DNA of 64,000 nt from Tubulanus polymorphus. Lineage: Eukaryota > Animalia > Nemertea. Below, piece after piece: positions 53,033 to 64,000 of this stretch (its first letter is position 1; each line of letters starts with the position of its first letter). The DNA lies in assembly GCF_964204645.1 (NCBI RefSeq), contig NC_134028.1:9362001-9426000 (forward strand), read 5' to 3'. Below the pieces are notes generated by a model that saw only the letters and a program-made list of their open reading frames with translations, made no database searches and was not told the origin of the DNA. Both the position numbers and the translations under genes were made by a program.

Positions 53033-53134
53033 GATACAGTTCCACATTTCTGAGTTAACTCTGAGTTGAAATCAGTTCATTTCAATGTTTTAACCCCCGA
53101 ATCAAATTTTAACTCACAACTGTGGAACTGGATC
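53033..53134. mobile_element. MITE family A, copy 4
   Basis: CTG|GATACAGTTCCACA...TGTGGAACTGGATC|CTG. Confidence 0.85.
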
Positions 53135-54701
53135 CTGGAAGAGACAACAAAACGAATTCCTACGGGAGTATGAGATGATGTAGTAATCCTGACATTCTTT
53201 AAGTTAAAACGCCTTACTTTTTACGCTTAAAATGTCTCTAATTATCCATGGACACTGGCTAGGACTCGCTTTACTTTCAGAATGCTGCAATATAAATCGG
53301 TACACGGTAAAAATGTCCAGGGAAAAAATGTCACCGGAAAAAAAATTTCCAGGAAAATATCCCCGGGAAAAAAAATCGCCTAGGGAGAAATGTCCCAGTC
53401 GATCGTTACTAACTTGGTAATGTATTTAATTTCACATCATAATAACACCAGAGAACAAACTTGGTAATACATTTTAATTACAATTTTAACATTTGATAAC
53501 AAATAATTGCTCTGCTTCGATTTGATTATTTGCATTATAAATTTGAAAACCATATGAAACGGACAGGTGTCTGCTATTTTGAGTTATGAATATGGGACTC
53601 GGGGAGTTTGGGTCTGGAAAAGATCAGCATTTTGTATTCAAAATCGTTTTGAGCGGTATTGCCTACGGTAGATTTAAAGACTTAATTTAAAAAAATCGTT
53701 CGATAGATTCCAACAAGAATAGATATGTCACCTTCATGCGTTTCTCTGCTGTGCGGAAAACGATCGTGGATGATTATTGCTCCTTTATACCCGCTATCAA
53801 AATTTCTAAATATTCACGAGAAAATTACGATACTAATGTCGTGACTGTAATTTTCATCAAGCCATTGGGAAATTTGCCACGGACGGCTTCAATCAGTCTG
53901 AAAACTTCCATACAGATATTTTGTACGGACATTTTCTCCTCTTTGTAGAATAGCCACAGTCTAACGCGGAGAACAGATACTAAGTTTAAAACTCACTACT
54001 GTATATACGTAATTTAAAAGAATAAAATCGAATTTGATCGATGAAGAATTGATGAAGAATTAAAATCAACATACACGACGTTCGACCTCTCACTAGACAA
54101 TATCGTCATATGTGTCAACACAGCCTCTTGTGTTCGTACGTATAGTAATGATTTGTTTTTTTCATGACTTAATTCGCATATTATTTGTTCATCCCCGATA
54201 CTATTTCATACTTAGCACGGCTCATTCCATAAGGATTTTATGTACAATAGGGAGCTTACTAAATTGTGTACATTTTGGCCGTGACGCACTGCAATATCGA
54301 GTGAAAGTCTGTATAAAAACTTTATAGCTTTCTAAACGATGGCAGCACAATCTACGTACTCGAATCGAACGCTTTAAGTGCTATGAATTAACAATAGATG
54401 TCACCACATGCCGACTATTAAAACTCATTAATATTCACGCATATTCGTTATGCTCGTGACGATTGGTAAATACTTGTCTTGGATTGGTTGCTGTAATTAC
54501 GGACGCGATATTTACTTGTCACCTGAAGTTAGTATGAATCGAGCTCTCTCGCTGAACACTTCTCCTCGTTCTCCTGAGTGATCATAACATAAAATGCACA
54601 GCGAAATGCATTTAGTTGGTCCATAGCGTAATTAGAGTTTGCTGACAGTAATACGTATGAGTTCGTAACCTTCCCAGCTAACCCGAAGGCTCTTAGCCCA
54701 G

Positions 54702-54803
54702 TACCCAATTCCACAGTTGTAAGTTAGAGAGTTAACTGTGATTTAGAATTAGTTTATTTCCGATGAGTTAGATCACAGTCATATCTTAATACACAACTGA
54801 GTC
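54702..54803. mobile_element. MITE family A, copy 5 (diverged)
   Basis: CAG|TACCCAATTCCACAG...AACTGAGTC|CAG. Confidence 0.65.
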
Positions 54804-56697
54804 CAGGTGACTAGAATGATACGATCTAAATAAATATACGCACGGGTCATGTTAATACATGTATTGTCTTCTCGTATCAAACCACGGATTTTCTCCGTAA
54901 ATGCTAAATATAGTATGCGTTTACGTGTAGTTTAGTGAGTAAAGGAATTAGCCGGCTAGACCCCCTAATCTTTTTAAGGTCAATTTTCTTTCGTGTATTT
55001 TGTGCACATGCGTTTGATGATTAAGAAAAAAACGTTGAATTGTCTCAAGTTTTTTTTGTCTTGTCCCATATCATATTTCTACCCAGGAGTAGGAATACAT
55101 TTTTTAAGAAGGCATTTCTTACACCTTGACCCTGCTTTTTATTTGATCGGTAGATTTCGTTTGATCTGTGCGTTTATTTGGTGTCCCTCGCAAACCCACC
55201 ACACCAGCCGGGAACGAAATAGGGGGTTTGACCCTGGAATCGGAAATCGAAGTACAAATATAGTTGGGTGTTCGGCGGTCGAATTTAACGAATATTTTGT
55301 TTATTCGAGGTTTGGAAATGTTTGTAGATACTAAGGTGGGAGTATGAGCACAACACCTGCTCCCGGGGATCCGTCACTGCTACCATCATCGCCAAGATCC
55401 CTCACCTGAAGTTGACATAAACATAGATTACAGTTACTACGGAAGCGTCTTGGCACATGAATTTGTAAAAGAATATTTTCAGCCATATGCCAAGTTAGCC
55501 GAGTCGGAATTATAAATTGGTTTTCTCAATAGAAAAATAATTTTGAAGTTTATTCCTACTTAAAACTAACTCGGTTATTACGACTTGACCAACTCGGAAT
55601 AAAACTCGACAATTTTTATGACAACAAACATGTCAATGGGACGCTACCATTGGCGCCCGTTAAAACTATGACATTGATTTCTGTCTGATATCAAATGGCT
55701 ATCCACTGATGGGGTATGAAGAACCACGCACGCATACACAAGCCGGGATGGTGGAATATTGGCCTTTTAGCTGATATCCCAAGTGATAGGTATACATAGT
55801 CGAAAGTTGCTCTTAACTTAGTTGAGAGTTAATATAGCCACAGTAAAAGTGATCTACGGCGGTGTCGCTGTCAGGGGAAATATTGAGAAGAGCATTCGTA
55901 CATTCTCTCATATTCCCACTGATCGTCTTTTACTGTCGCTAATTTTCCTACTTAATCAAATTTCTCCACCATTAACTCGCGGTTTCCACCTGGCTACACA
56001 AACCCATACTGACTCATGACTCTACAGGTAATAACCACAAAATGCCTTTAATGGCGGCCATTTAGACGTCTTATCGCAGGTAAGCATTACCGGAGTGCTT
56101 ATCTGCAGGCGGGCAATCATCTAGAACAATGGCTACTTAATTATCGGTGAAGCGTAAAACCCAAGTACGAAATGCCACCTCACGGAATAACCCTGGAGTT
56201 ATTAACAAGCGATTTATGCTCGGATTTACGTCAGCGATCGTTGATCATTTTCCAGTTAATGTGAATATTATAGGTTTTAATATTCAATGACTGGTTTTTG
56301 TTTCCGTAATGGGCGATTCCATAATGAACTGTAGTAAGAATTCCGCTCGATGTATATCGTCGCTACGGGCCTCCTTTAAATACATTCACAAGGAGAAAAC
56401 TCAGTGAAGATGAAAAATAAAAGCAATTCTAATGAAAATACAGAAGCCTATATTCAAGGTGAAACTATGATTCCTTCTACGGAAGGGTACATTTAAAGTT
56501 CATTGATTATTCATAAGCAGATATATGTATTCAATTTAATGTCTAGCTTTCATTAAAACAAGATTCCGAGAAAACCTCACGAAACGATCCTTCAATACTA
56601 ATTTTTATAAGACCTCTTAAAAAACTCATTTGACAAAGCATGTATACGTACGAACCATGTATCGATATCAGAAATTCATAAGTGAATGTTTGATAAC

Positions 56698-56960
56698 CTC
56701 AATCAGCCGCTTGCCGGTTCAGACTGGTTGGAAGATGTTTGAATGAACCGGAACCGAAATTCCCAACAATGCGCTTCGATTTCAACAAAACGTTCTGTAA
56801 AATCGACTGCCGATCAAACAACTCTGTCCGATTTCATAATCAAACCCCCAGCTTTGTTACCGACAAACCCGTGTTTTGCTGCTGGTGGGTTTGTAATGGA
56901 CACCAAATCAAAAGAAAATCCAACAAAATTTATAAAACCATAATGACAGGGTCAGTCCCA
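56698..56960 (-). repeat. Family G copy
   Basis: Reverse complement matches 1061-1302, including the ATCTTCC.ACCAG.CTGAA tail. Confidence 0.7.
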
Positions 56961-57354
56961 ATCTTAAAATGAGAAAAATATGCAAGGGCACTGGAGTAAA
57001 ACTGTTAATGGCGAACGGATACGTGTTCCTAACTCGTTTGCGAATTCCTAGCTTAAGCTACTAAAATCATTACTCAAAGATGTGTGCGCCGCGCCAGATA
57101 GTCACACTGAAGACAAGATATATACATACGCACAGTAGATGATGGAAACATTATTATCTGTCTCTCATCAGTCACTAGAAGCAAATAAATCGATTTATGA
57201 TGGCGAAGAATTTGTCTCGGATAGCCGACACATCAATACCCAATAGTTTATAATAAATATCAGATTCCATTTATCGCAAACGAGCATGGGCCGTTTCAAG
57301 ATATAGGGATCGTCAGACAGATTTGTCTTCTTCTATCTAGAATTAGTTCTTCTG

Positions 57355-57456
57355 GGCCTGGTTTTATAGACTGGTATAAACTTTAACCCCACTCTATTGC
57401 AAATGAATTGAGTTAGCCCTGGGTTAAAGGTAATACCAGTCATCAAAAACAGTACC
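57355..57456. mobile_element. MITE family B
   Basis: CTG|GGCCTGGTTTTATAGACTGGTAT / ATACCAGTC..AAAACAGTACC; imperfect palindrome. Confidence 0.65.
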
Positions 57457-58460
57457 CGATATCTTCACGTTGACATATGCCTAATTTATGCCTATATAGT
57501 TGCTTTTATTCAGGATAAAGGTCGACTTTTGATCAGGTTTAAGATCAGGTTTAGAATAGACATCAGCCGTGTCTGGATCGGCCACTTGCTGGACAACTGA
57601 AAGTTTTTTCCAAAGAAAAACTGAAAATACATGTAAATCCAAATTGGCCAAACAAGAAGAAATTATGCTTGTCCAATTTTTTGTGGTAAAACCAAATGTT
57701 TCAACGAGTCAATGATTCACTTGCAGCCCTTGCATTGTCGTATCAAATTTTCAAATTCCCATTCCCATATCAAGGTCCACCCCTTAGAATCTTAGATTTA
57801 CCCTTATCCCTGCATGCAGTTTGCGTGCGCGTGGAGACAGTCCCCATCAACCTTGGAAGTCGATGTAGAGAAGGGTTTTTGAATAGATCGTTTTCTATTA
57901 CTTACAATAATCAGTTCATAATTTTCGAACGAATTCCCAGCCGGAAACCGGTGCCCGAGACGGCCGTTATTCTAAGCTGGAAATCGACGATTGAAAAAAG
58001 TAGATTTATCGACGGTTGGAAGTCACGCAAAATGCGTCCATTGTACGAACAGACAGCAACAGGGAGATGAATTCGTTTGTGATTGCACAGGAAACCGCCG
58101 ATTTATTCCTAAGATTGCTATTTCCGCGATGAATTACGTTTGTTCTGTAGAATCGGCGGCGCTCGAGTTCCCAGCGGCATCATTCGATGTAGGATGAATT
58201 TGATAAATCTCGGGGAATGCATTTGAGGATATCTGAAAGGGGAGCGAATTCAAATGATAATGTAAATTCTTTGAATGAGGATTTATTATTCAATTATTCA
58301 ATATTAATGAAAGTCGGTTGGTTTTGTTTGATTGTTAAAAACAGGCGGATTGATTTTGAAATCAAAGTATACAGATACGGTTGTATCTGTATACAGATAT
58401 TTGGTTGTATGATAAGCTTCGGTATTTTCGAATAAGACAGCCAATGTAAAACAATAAGAT

Positions 58461-58542
58461 CGACGAGGATGGGATTCGAACCCACGCGGGCAGAGCCCAA
58501 TGGATTAGCAGTCCATCGCCTTAACCACTCGGCCACCTCGTC
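58461..58542 (-). tRNA. tRNA-Ser (GCT), intact
   Basis: GACGAGGTGGCCGAGTGGTTAAGGCGATGGACTGCTAATCCATTGGGCTCTGCCCGCGTGGGTTCGAATCCCATCCTCGTCG: long variable arm, G73 discriminator, upstream TTATAAA and downstream TTTT. Confidence 0.97.
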
Positions 58543-59394
58543 CGTGCGGCAACTTGCGACAGTTTATAAAACCTATTCCAGTTTTTCCTCTTCAAAGGAA
58601 AAATCCAGTAGGCAGGAGCAGACGATTTAACAAAACGTCTGGTGAAGATGATTTCTGCTCAAGCCGCGCTCATCGCAGCCGGTTAGAACTATCATAAATC
58701 TAACGTAATCATCGCCGACGCGATCCAAAAAATATAAGAGACACGCAGTCAGAAACCCATTAAAAGAATGACTCAGTAAATGGTCGAATACAGGTAGCAA
58801 TTAACTCATGAAATTATCAAATATTCATACAGTTCTCGAGAGGAGTCATCGACAGTCGGAAATTGCAGCATAATGGCGAGAGAATAACCATAAATCTTCG
58901 TACACCTGTAGTTTAACTCGACCCGCTATTTCTCATTAGCTTGTCTCGTATGCGTATAGCTCTCCCTCATACCGGTACGTAACCGACGGCTGTGTATAAA
59001 CTGCTTTCTCCTTGCTCACTGTTCCCATCAGTGTCTCTTTAGCTCCTCTGTCTAGGAAGCCTATCTCCAAAAGCGTCTCCCATCTCTCTCTCCTTCTTCA
59101 CATCAGTCTCTCTAACGATTGTACATGCCCCAGCCCTTGTTCTTTATTCAGATGAATCATTCTTCTTATTCGGAACGAAAAATATTTACTGATGCTATTT
59201 GCTTACAATACGTACCACCTAGGGTCCGTATGATTATTTTCATATCATTTCAATTAACGTACAAGAATAAGAATTAGAACTTAACTTTAAGGTCTGTGTG
59301 TAAATTAATTATTCCCAAGAAATAACGTATGAAGTAGATGCTTGTATATTGTTGGGTAAAACGTTTACTGCCGTTTTGCGCGATATGTGATCTA

Positions 59395-59603
59395 AAGCTG
59401 AAAAATGATACCTTGTTTCTGCCAATCGGCCGGATCACTATAGTAAACTACAATAAAATTTGAAATCAGTTCATTTCTGTATCTGGCGGATCTATTAAGG
59501 TTTATAGCCTTATCATGATTCTAATAAAAGTAATGTACAGGGCACCGGGTCAACTTTAAAGCTCTACCGAAAAAAAGAGAAACAAGGTATGAATCTTTAG
59601 CCT
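59395..59603 (+). mobile_element. MITE family H, copy 3
   Basis: Colinear with 38987-39194. Confidence 0.8.
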
Positions 59604-60650
59604 TTAAAACTAACATTTAAAACTATAATTGAACAGAAATGATAGCTGGAAGTTTGGCGGAGCAACGAGTGTAGACCTTTCCCTGGAGTCTCATCTTAAA
59701 CAAATACTATTTTTGTTCGCATCGGAATTCCTGATTATTAATTTCTCTGAAATAGTCTACATGGGTAGATTTGAAATCAACTGTTGTCCGAAGACCTTTT
59801 GATTTTGTCTCGATTCAAGTGGTATTGTTAAGCGAAGTGGATATTGAAGAAATACCGTGGCATCGGAGCAGTCCTACACGTATACATTTGTCAATTGAGT
59901 CTTCGGTCTTCGGAGACCATTAGCGGTTATTGTTTGTCCATTATCTGAATGAAAGTGGTTACAACAGTGATGACTTATTTCTGAACAACTCCCTCGAGTT
60001 TTACTTGATCTACTCAGAACGTTTTAGTACAATATACTGACAGAGGTTAATATAAAACCCAATGAACCGTGCTACATCTTTCCCAGGGGCAACACAATAC
60101 ATTTTACCGGGGCCAATAAGAAATGAAAAGTTTCGTGAACAACGTTCTGGTGACGGTGTAATTTCGATGAAGCCATGAAAACCTATATGTTTGTTTTAGT
60201 TTGGCTATCTATTCCCTTCTTCGAAAATAAGAACTTGAGTTCGGTCGATCCCTTTATTTTACGTAAAAAGAATGTATGAATTATCCGTTTACAGTAACAT
60301 TTAGTTTACTGTGACAGTGACATTTAGTGAAACACCCCCGATATACCGCCCTCCCATATACCGCCACCCCGCCTGCCGATTGCCAGATTTCCTCAATGTA
60401 CATCTCTATACAAATATATAGTAAAACACTCCCGATATACCGCCATACTCATAATATCATTCAACTTCCATTTCCCAGAGAAAGAATAACCATTGTGGTT
60501 CGCCGAAAGCTTAGCGCCTGGAGCGCAAAAACCCATTTTCAGTTTGCTTCGTGACCTAATGATATTTACAAAATATCGTTTAACCTTGGGAAATTAATCA
60601 CAATGATTACTCCAAGGACGGGTTCGATTAAATGTTATTTTCTATTGCAG

Positions 60651-60763
60651 TGCACAATGTCGGAGTATCAAAACCAAAAAGTCGTCAGAATTACCAATCA
60701 GTGACGACGAGCGAATCGCATAATGAAGACGAGATTCCAAGGCCAAAAAGATTGACCCTATAA
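60651..60763 (+). other. Candidate terminal coding exon
   Basis: Strong acceptor ttattttctattgcag; the phase-1 frame reads HNVGVSKPKSRQNYQSVTTSESHNEDEIPRPKRLTL*. No upstream partner exon identified. Confidence 0.25.
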
Positions 60764-60950
60764 CTTTTGTTTAAAAAAAACAACAGAAACACGTTGGAAA
60801 GCGTCAATGAATATCCGGCAAAGCATATATTTTGTTTCTAAAAATCCGATTTTCTACTATGTGTCCCCTTCATCTTTCCAATACATTTAGAGAGGTACGC
60901 GATGTTGTCGGAACCAGGAATCAGATCATACAGATACGGTACACATATAA

Positions 60951-61338
60951 GTAGCCGCGCATAAAGTACGTACGCAAATAGGGGGAGGGGGCTTTAAAAA
61001 TCCGTACAAAAGCGTACAAGGGGAGGGGAGGGATGAGCTCAAAGCCTATACACTTTTCTAACGGGGAGGGTTAATGTTGATAGTACGTACTTTGTGCACG
61101 AAACGCTATGCGATTTTTACAAATATATCCCCTATCTTTCACTTCGGAGCTCTGATGAATGCGAGTGAATTTTGCCTTTTTAAACCATGGATCCTGAAAA
61201 ATCACTTTTACAGGGAGGGGGGCCAATTATAGAAGTATGTACGCTAAGGGGTTATAAAAAACGTATTAGAGCGTAAATAGGGGGGGGGGGTGTTAAAAAT
61301 ACCCGGAAGTCAAGCGTACGTACTATATGCACGGCCCC
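60951..61338. mobile_element. Tourist/Harbinger-type MITE, TAA TSD
   Basis: TAA|GTAGCCGCGCATAAAGTACGTACGC ... GCGTACGTACTATATGCACGGCCCC|TAA, with G-run interior and an extra internal end at about 61081-61108. Confidence 0.85.
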
Positions 61339-62663
61339 TAATGATATCCGGTATACAAAAAAATAAACGACATTTTAGTGAAAACAGTTCTACACCTATA
61401 TATACGGCTGGATTTTATTTTTCATTTTTTTTTGCTAATTGATTCGGTCTCATTTTTCACCGATGATTTTTGATCTCAAACTAGGGATCGGCCCCGTTAT
61501 TCAATTGGTACGTAGATTATGTTTGATATGTTTTGATTTGATCGGTGTCCCCGACAGACCCATCACACCTACCGGGATCGGAACAGGCGGTTTGATATTG
61601 AAATCGGAAATTGAGTACGGACAGATATAGTTGTATGAATCAGCGGTTGAATTTACCGAATTTCTCTGTTTAAATCGCAGTACATATTTGGAAAGTTCAA
61701 AGATGACCCGACCGAGCACGAAAAACAAGATATCTTTTTAGCCTAAGCTTTCAATTGTGCGGTCTGGCTTTCACGAATTTCGTTTCGTATTCGATTTAAT
61801 TTTCTTGTTGCGCGCTGCGTAAGGATTGACTAATTAAACTTGAAACTAAGCCATCGAACTTTAACTTTCCTCCTAACAGACAAATATTAAATCGGACGTG
61901 ATCGCTCTATTCGTATCAGTTTCAACTGATTATGTTGCCGGTGTAACGAATTATACACGGTGTGTCCACCTGAGTCCTATACGCAGTACAGCATGTACTG
62001 GAATCCCCGGTGACCGCTTTAATGATGCAGACTCGCGAACTTGAGCAGAATTAATTTCGAACAGTTTGCGGGTCCCACCGGACCCGGACGAGGCAGGTAA
62101 ACGCGAGGCCATTCTACACTGATGTTTACCTGTTGGTGTACACTCAAGGCACGTACCGCGTCACGGGTCACGATGAAATTCCCACTCTAGATTTCAATAA
62201 TATGAGTGTCGTAATTTCTAGTTGATTTATTGCTCTAGAATTCTTGCAATTCTTTGACAAAAAATAAACAATTAGTAGTTTAAAAATCTTCAAAATTTTC
62301 CAAAGAAAAGTATATATCGATACATACGTCAGTTAATATGCACAGCATTAAGTTACATGGAGCTATCTGCCTTTTTGAAAGGTTAAGATTAAGCGTGAGT
62401 CAGTCTATTTGAAATATAACTGACGTACAGCCTGTACAGCCTGACAAATCAATTTTTTGAGGTGTTTGTATTTTTAGTATTCAATTACATTGTTTCCCAT
62501 GATCTGTCTAACATGTATTTTTCATGATTATTTCAATTCATCAAGAAAGAAATATTTCTTTGAAAATAAAGTTGATTATCACTATTATTACAAATGCTGC
62601 AAGGTACCTGGTGTTTGGGTCTTGATAACGTTTATTTTTGATAACGAAAATTCCTATCCGAAT

Positions 62664-62845
62664 TAGGGCACAAGAACGCCAAAACGCGATAAAAACGTCG
62701 AATTTTCTTTTAAAAATCCGTTTAGGCGCTGCAAAACAAATAAATGATTCACCCTTTTGATGGTGCGCCAAACGCATACGGCGTGCCAAAACGGATGATC
62801 TAAAGAAAAACGACGTTTTTCCGTTTTGGCGTTCTGGTGACCTCA
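62664..62845. mobile_element. hAT-like family K copy
   Basis: TAGGGCACAAGAACGCCAAAACG / CGTTTTGGCGTTCTGGTGACCTCA inverted ends. Confidence 0.7.
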
Positions 62846-63212
62846 TTTGCATTTCAAAAATTGTACATTCACCACCCCAATAGTAAGTTCGGGGCATTTT
62901 CATATCATCTCCCAGTTTCGATCGGTAACTTGTGTTTAGAATTATGGAAAATGTAGTTCTTTGATAAAACGGAGTGTCAGTGAACATGCTTTCTAGTTTT
63001 CTTTTTATTTTGTCATGCGTCTAGTTTTGTTGGCGCTTCAATAGTATGGCACTGTTGCTGTTGAAACGTCACTTGACAATTCATTGGGTAATTTTGAAAC
63101 CTATCGCGTTTGTATGAATCTATTTTGCTACTTTATGCATATCGAATTTCTAGAAGTTACGGTTTTGCATTCTTTTACATATACGTATTGGTGAATTGAA
63201 ATATTTGCTTAC

Positions 63213-63298
63213 AACATATGCACTGAAATTCGGATCAGCGCACCACTCACGATGGGGTTCACGATTCACTCTCCATCCAACGGCATCACACTTAACCG
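63213..63298 (-). other. Candidate internal coding exon
   Basis: Acceptor ggtattttcag, with donors gtgagt (exon end 63251) and gtaagc (exon end 63213). The only open frame reads VKCDAVGWRVNREPHREWCADPNFSAYV. Confidence 0.35.
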
Positions 63299-64000
63299 CT
63301 GAAAATACCAACAGTTATATTTCAGTATTCAGCCTTAGTATCCGGTTTTCGTGGCTATTGTTATTGAGAACAGTAAAGGCGACGGTTTTCTATAGATAAG
63401 TAGGCTCTTTACAGCCACGCTGTACGTAGCATTTAGATGAATCCATTAAGTAATGGATCGGTATAGATGGATTTGACTGCTAGTCATTTCTCTCTTCCCC
63501 TGACTAATGGTCTTTCACGAGTTATTGTTGAAGTGACTTCACGACATGGCTTTAAACGTGCTACGAATACCTGGGCACTTTATCCTACTGACTAATTATC
63601 GAAATATACAAACAGTCAACAACACGCGCTTGACATTCTGAACGGCAATGCTGTTAATTGCCGTCAATGAGTTATAGAAATATATTAGTGATAGATTGGA
63701 AAATCGTTTCGATGTTGTGTTATAATAGCTACGCAGCTAGTCGCCAGTGCATGCAAATTATGGAGGCAGTGTGTCCCCGATCGTTGGATAGGAAAAATCG
63801 ACAGTGTGCAGAAAAAAAATTCAGATGAAATCTCCACCAAAAAGACTTTAACTCCATTTTTTGGATCATATATATACATATATGATATATCCTTTTTAGA
63901 AGTAGTAGAAGTCTTTCAAGTTGTTGCTTTTTACATGGTTGAATCCGTTGAATCGACGCAATCAGTGTAATAGCGTAAAATGTGCTCCACTTGTCATCAA

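Noticed and set aside
58294-58536. 80-aa ORF starting MAEWLRRWTANPLGSARVGSNP
   Set aside because: It is a translation of the tRNA-Ser gene, a common spurious ORF.
62541-62987. 148-aa minus-strand ORF
   Set aside because: It runs through the family K transposon, and its best-looking stretch (TACCGATCGAAACTGG) also recurs near 5655.
63725-63780. LVASACKLWRQ, F-box-like
   Set aside because: The upstream LPxEI part is absent and there are no convincing splice sites.

Overview
Eukaryotic (almost certainly metazoan invertebrate) AT-rich intergenic/intronic DNA with no visible CpG depletion; it is not prokaryotic, and there is no CRISPR array, operon or long ORF. The firm calls are four Pol III tRNA loci: an intact Pro-AGG, an intact Ser-GCT, and Pro-CGG and Ser-GCT copies with B-box mutations. 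The rest is a dense mosaic of non-autonomous transposons, several nested inside one another: PIF/Harbinger-type MITEs with CWG or TWA target duplications, and hAT-, CACTA-, IS3EU-, ISL2EU-, P- and Mutator-like elements. There is also a tRNA/CORE/L2-tail SINE, decayed LINE and Gypsy remnants, and a (GGTATG)n minisatellite. The most interesting signal is a set of at least seven Penelope-type pseudo-LTR pieces carrying hammerhead-ribozyme-like cores. The best is an ORF-less 237-bp inverted element bounded by a 15-bp direct repeat (33494-33730). A few isolated exon candidates exist, including a speculative CxxU (selenoprotein W-like) segment, but no protein-coding gene can be assembled with confidence. 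All alignments were done by eye, and superfamily assignments are inferred from termini and TSDs only.
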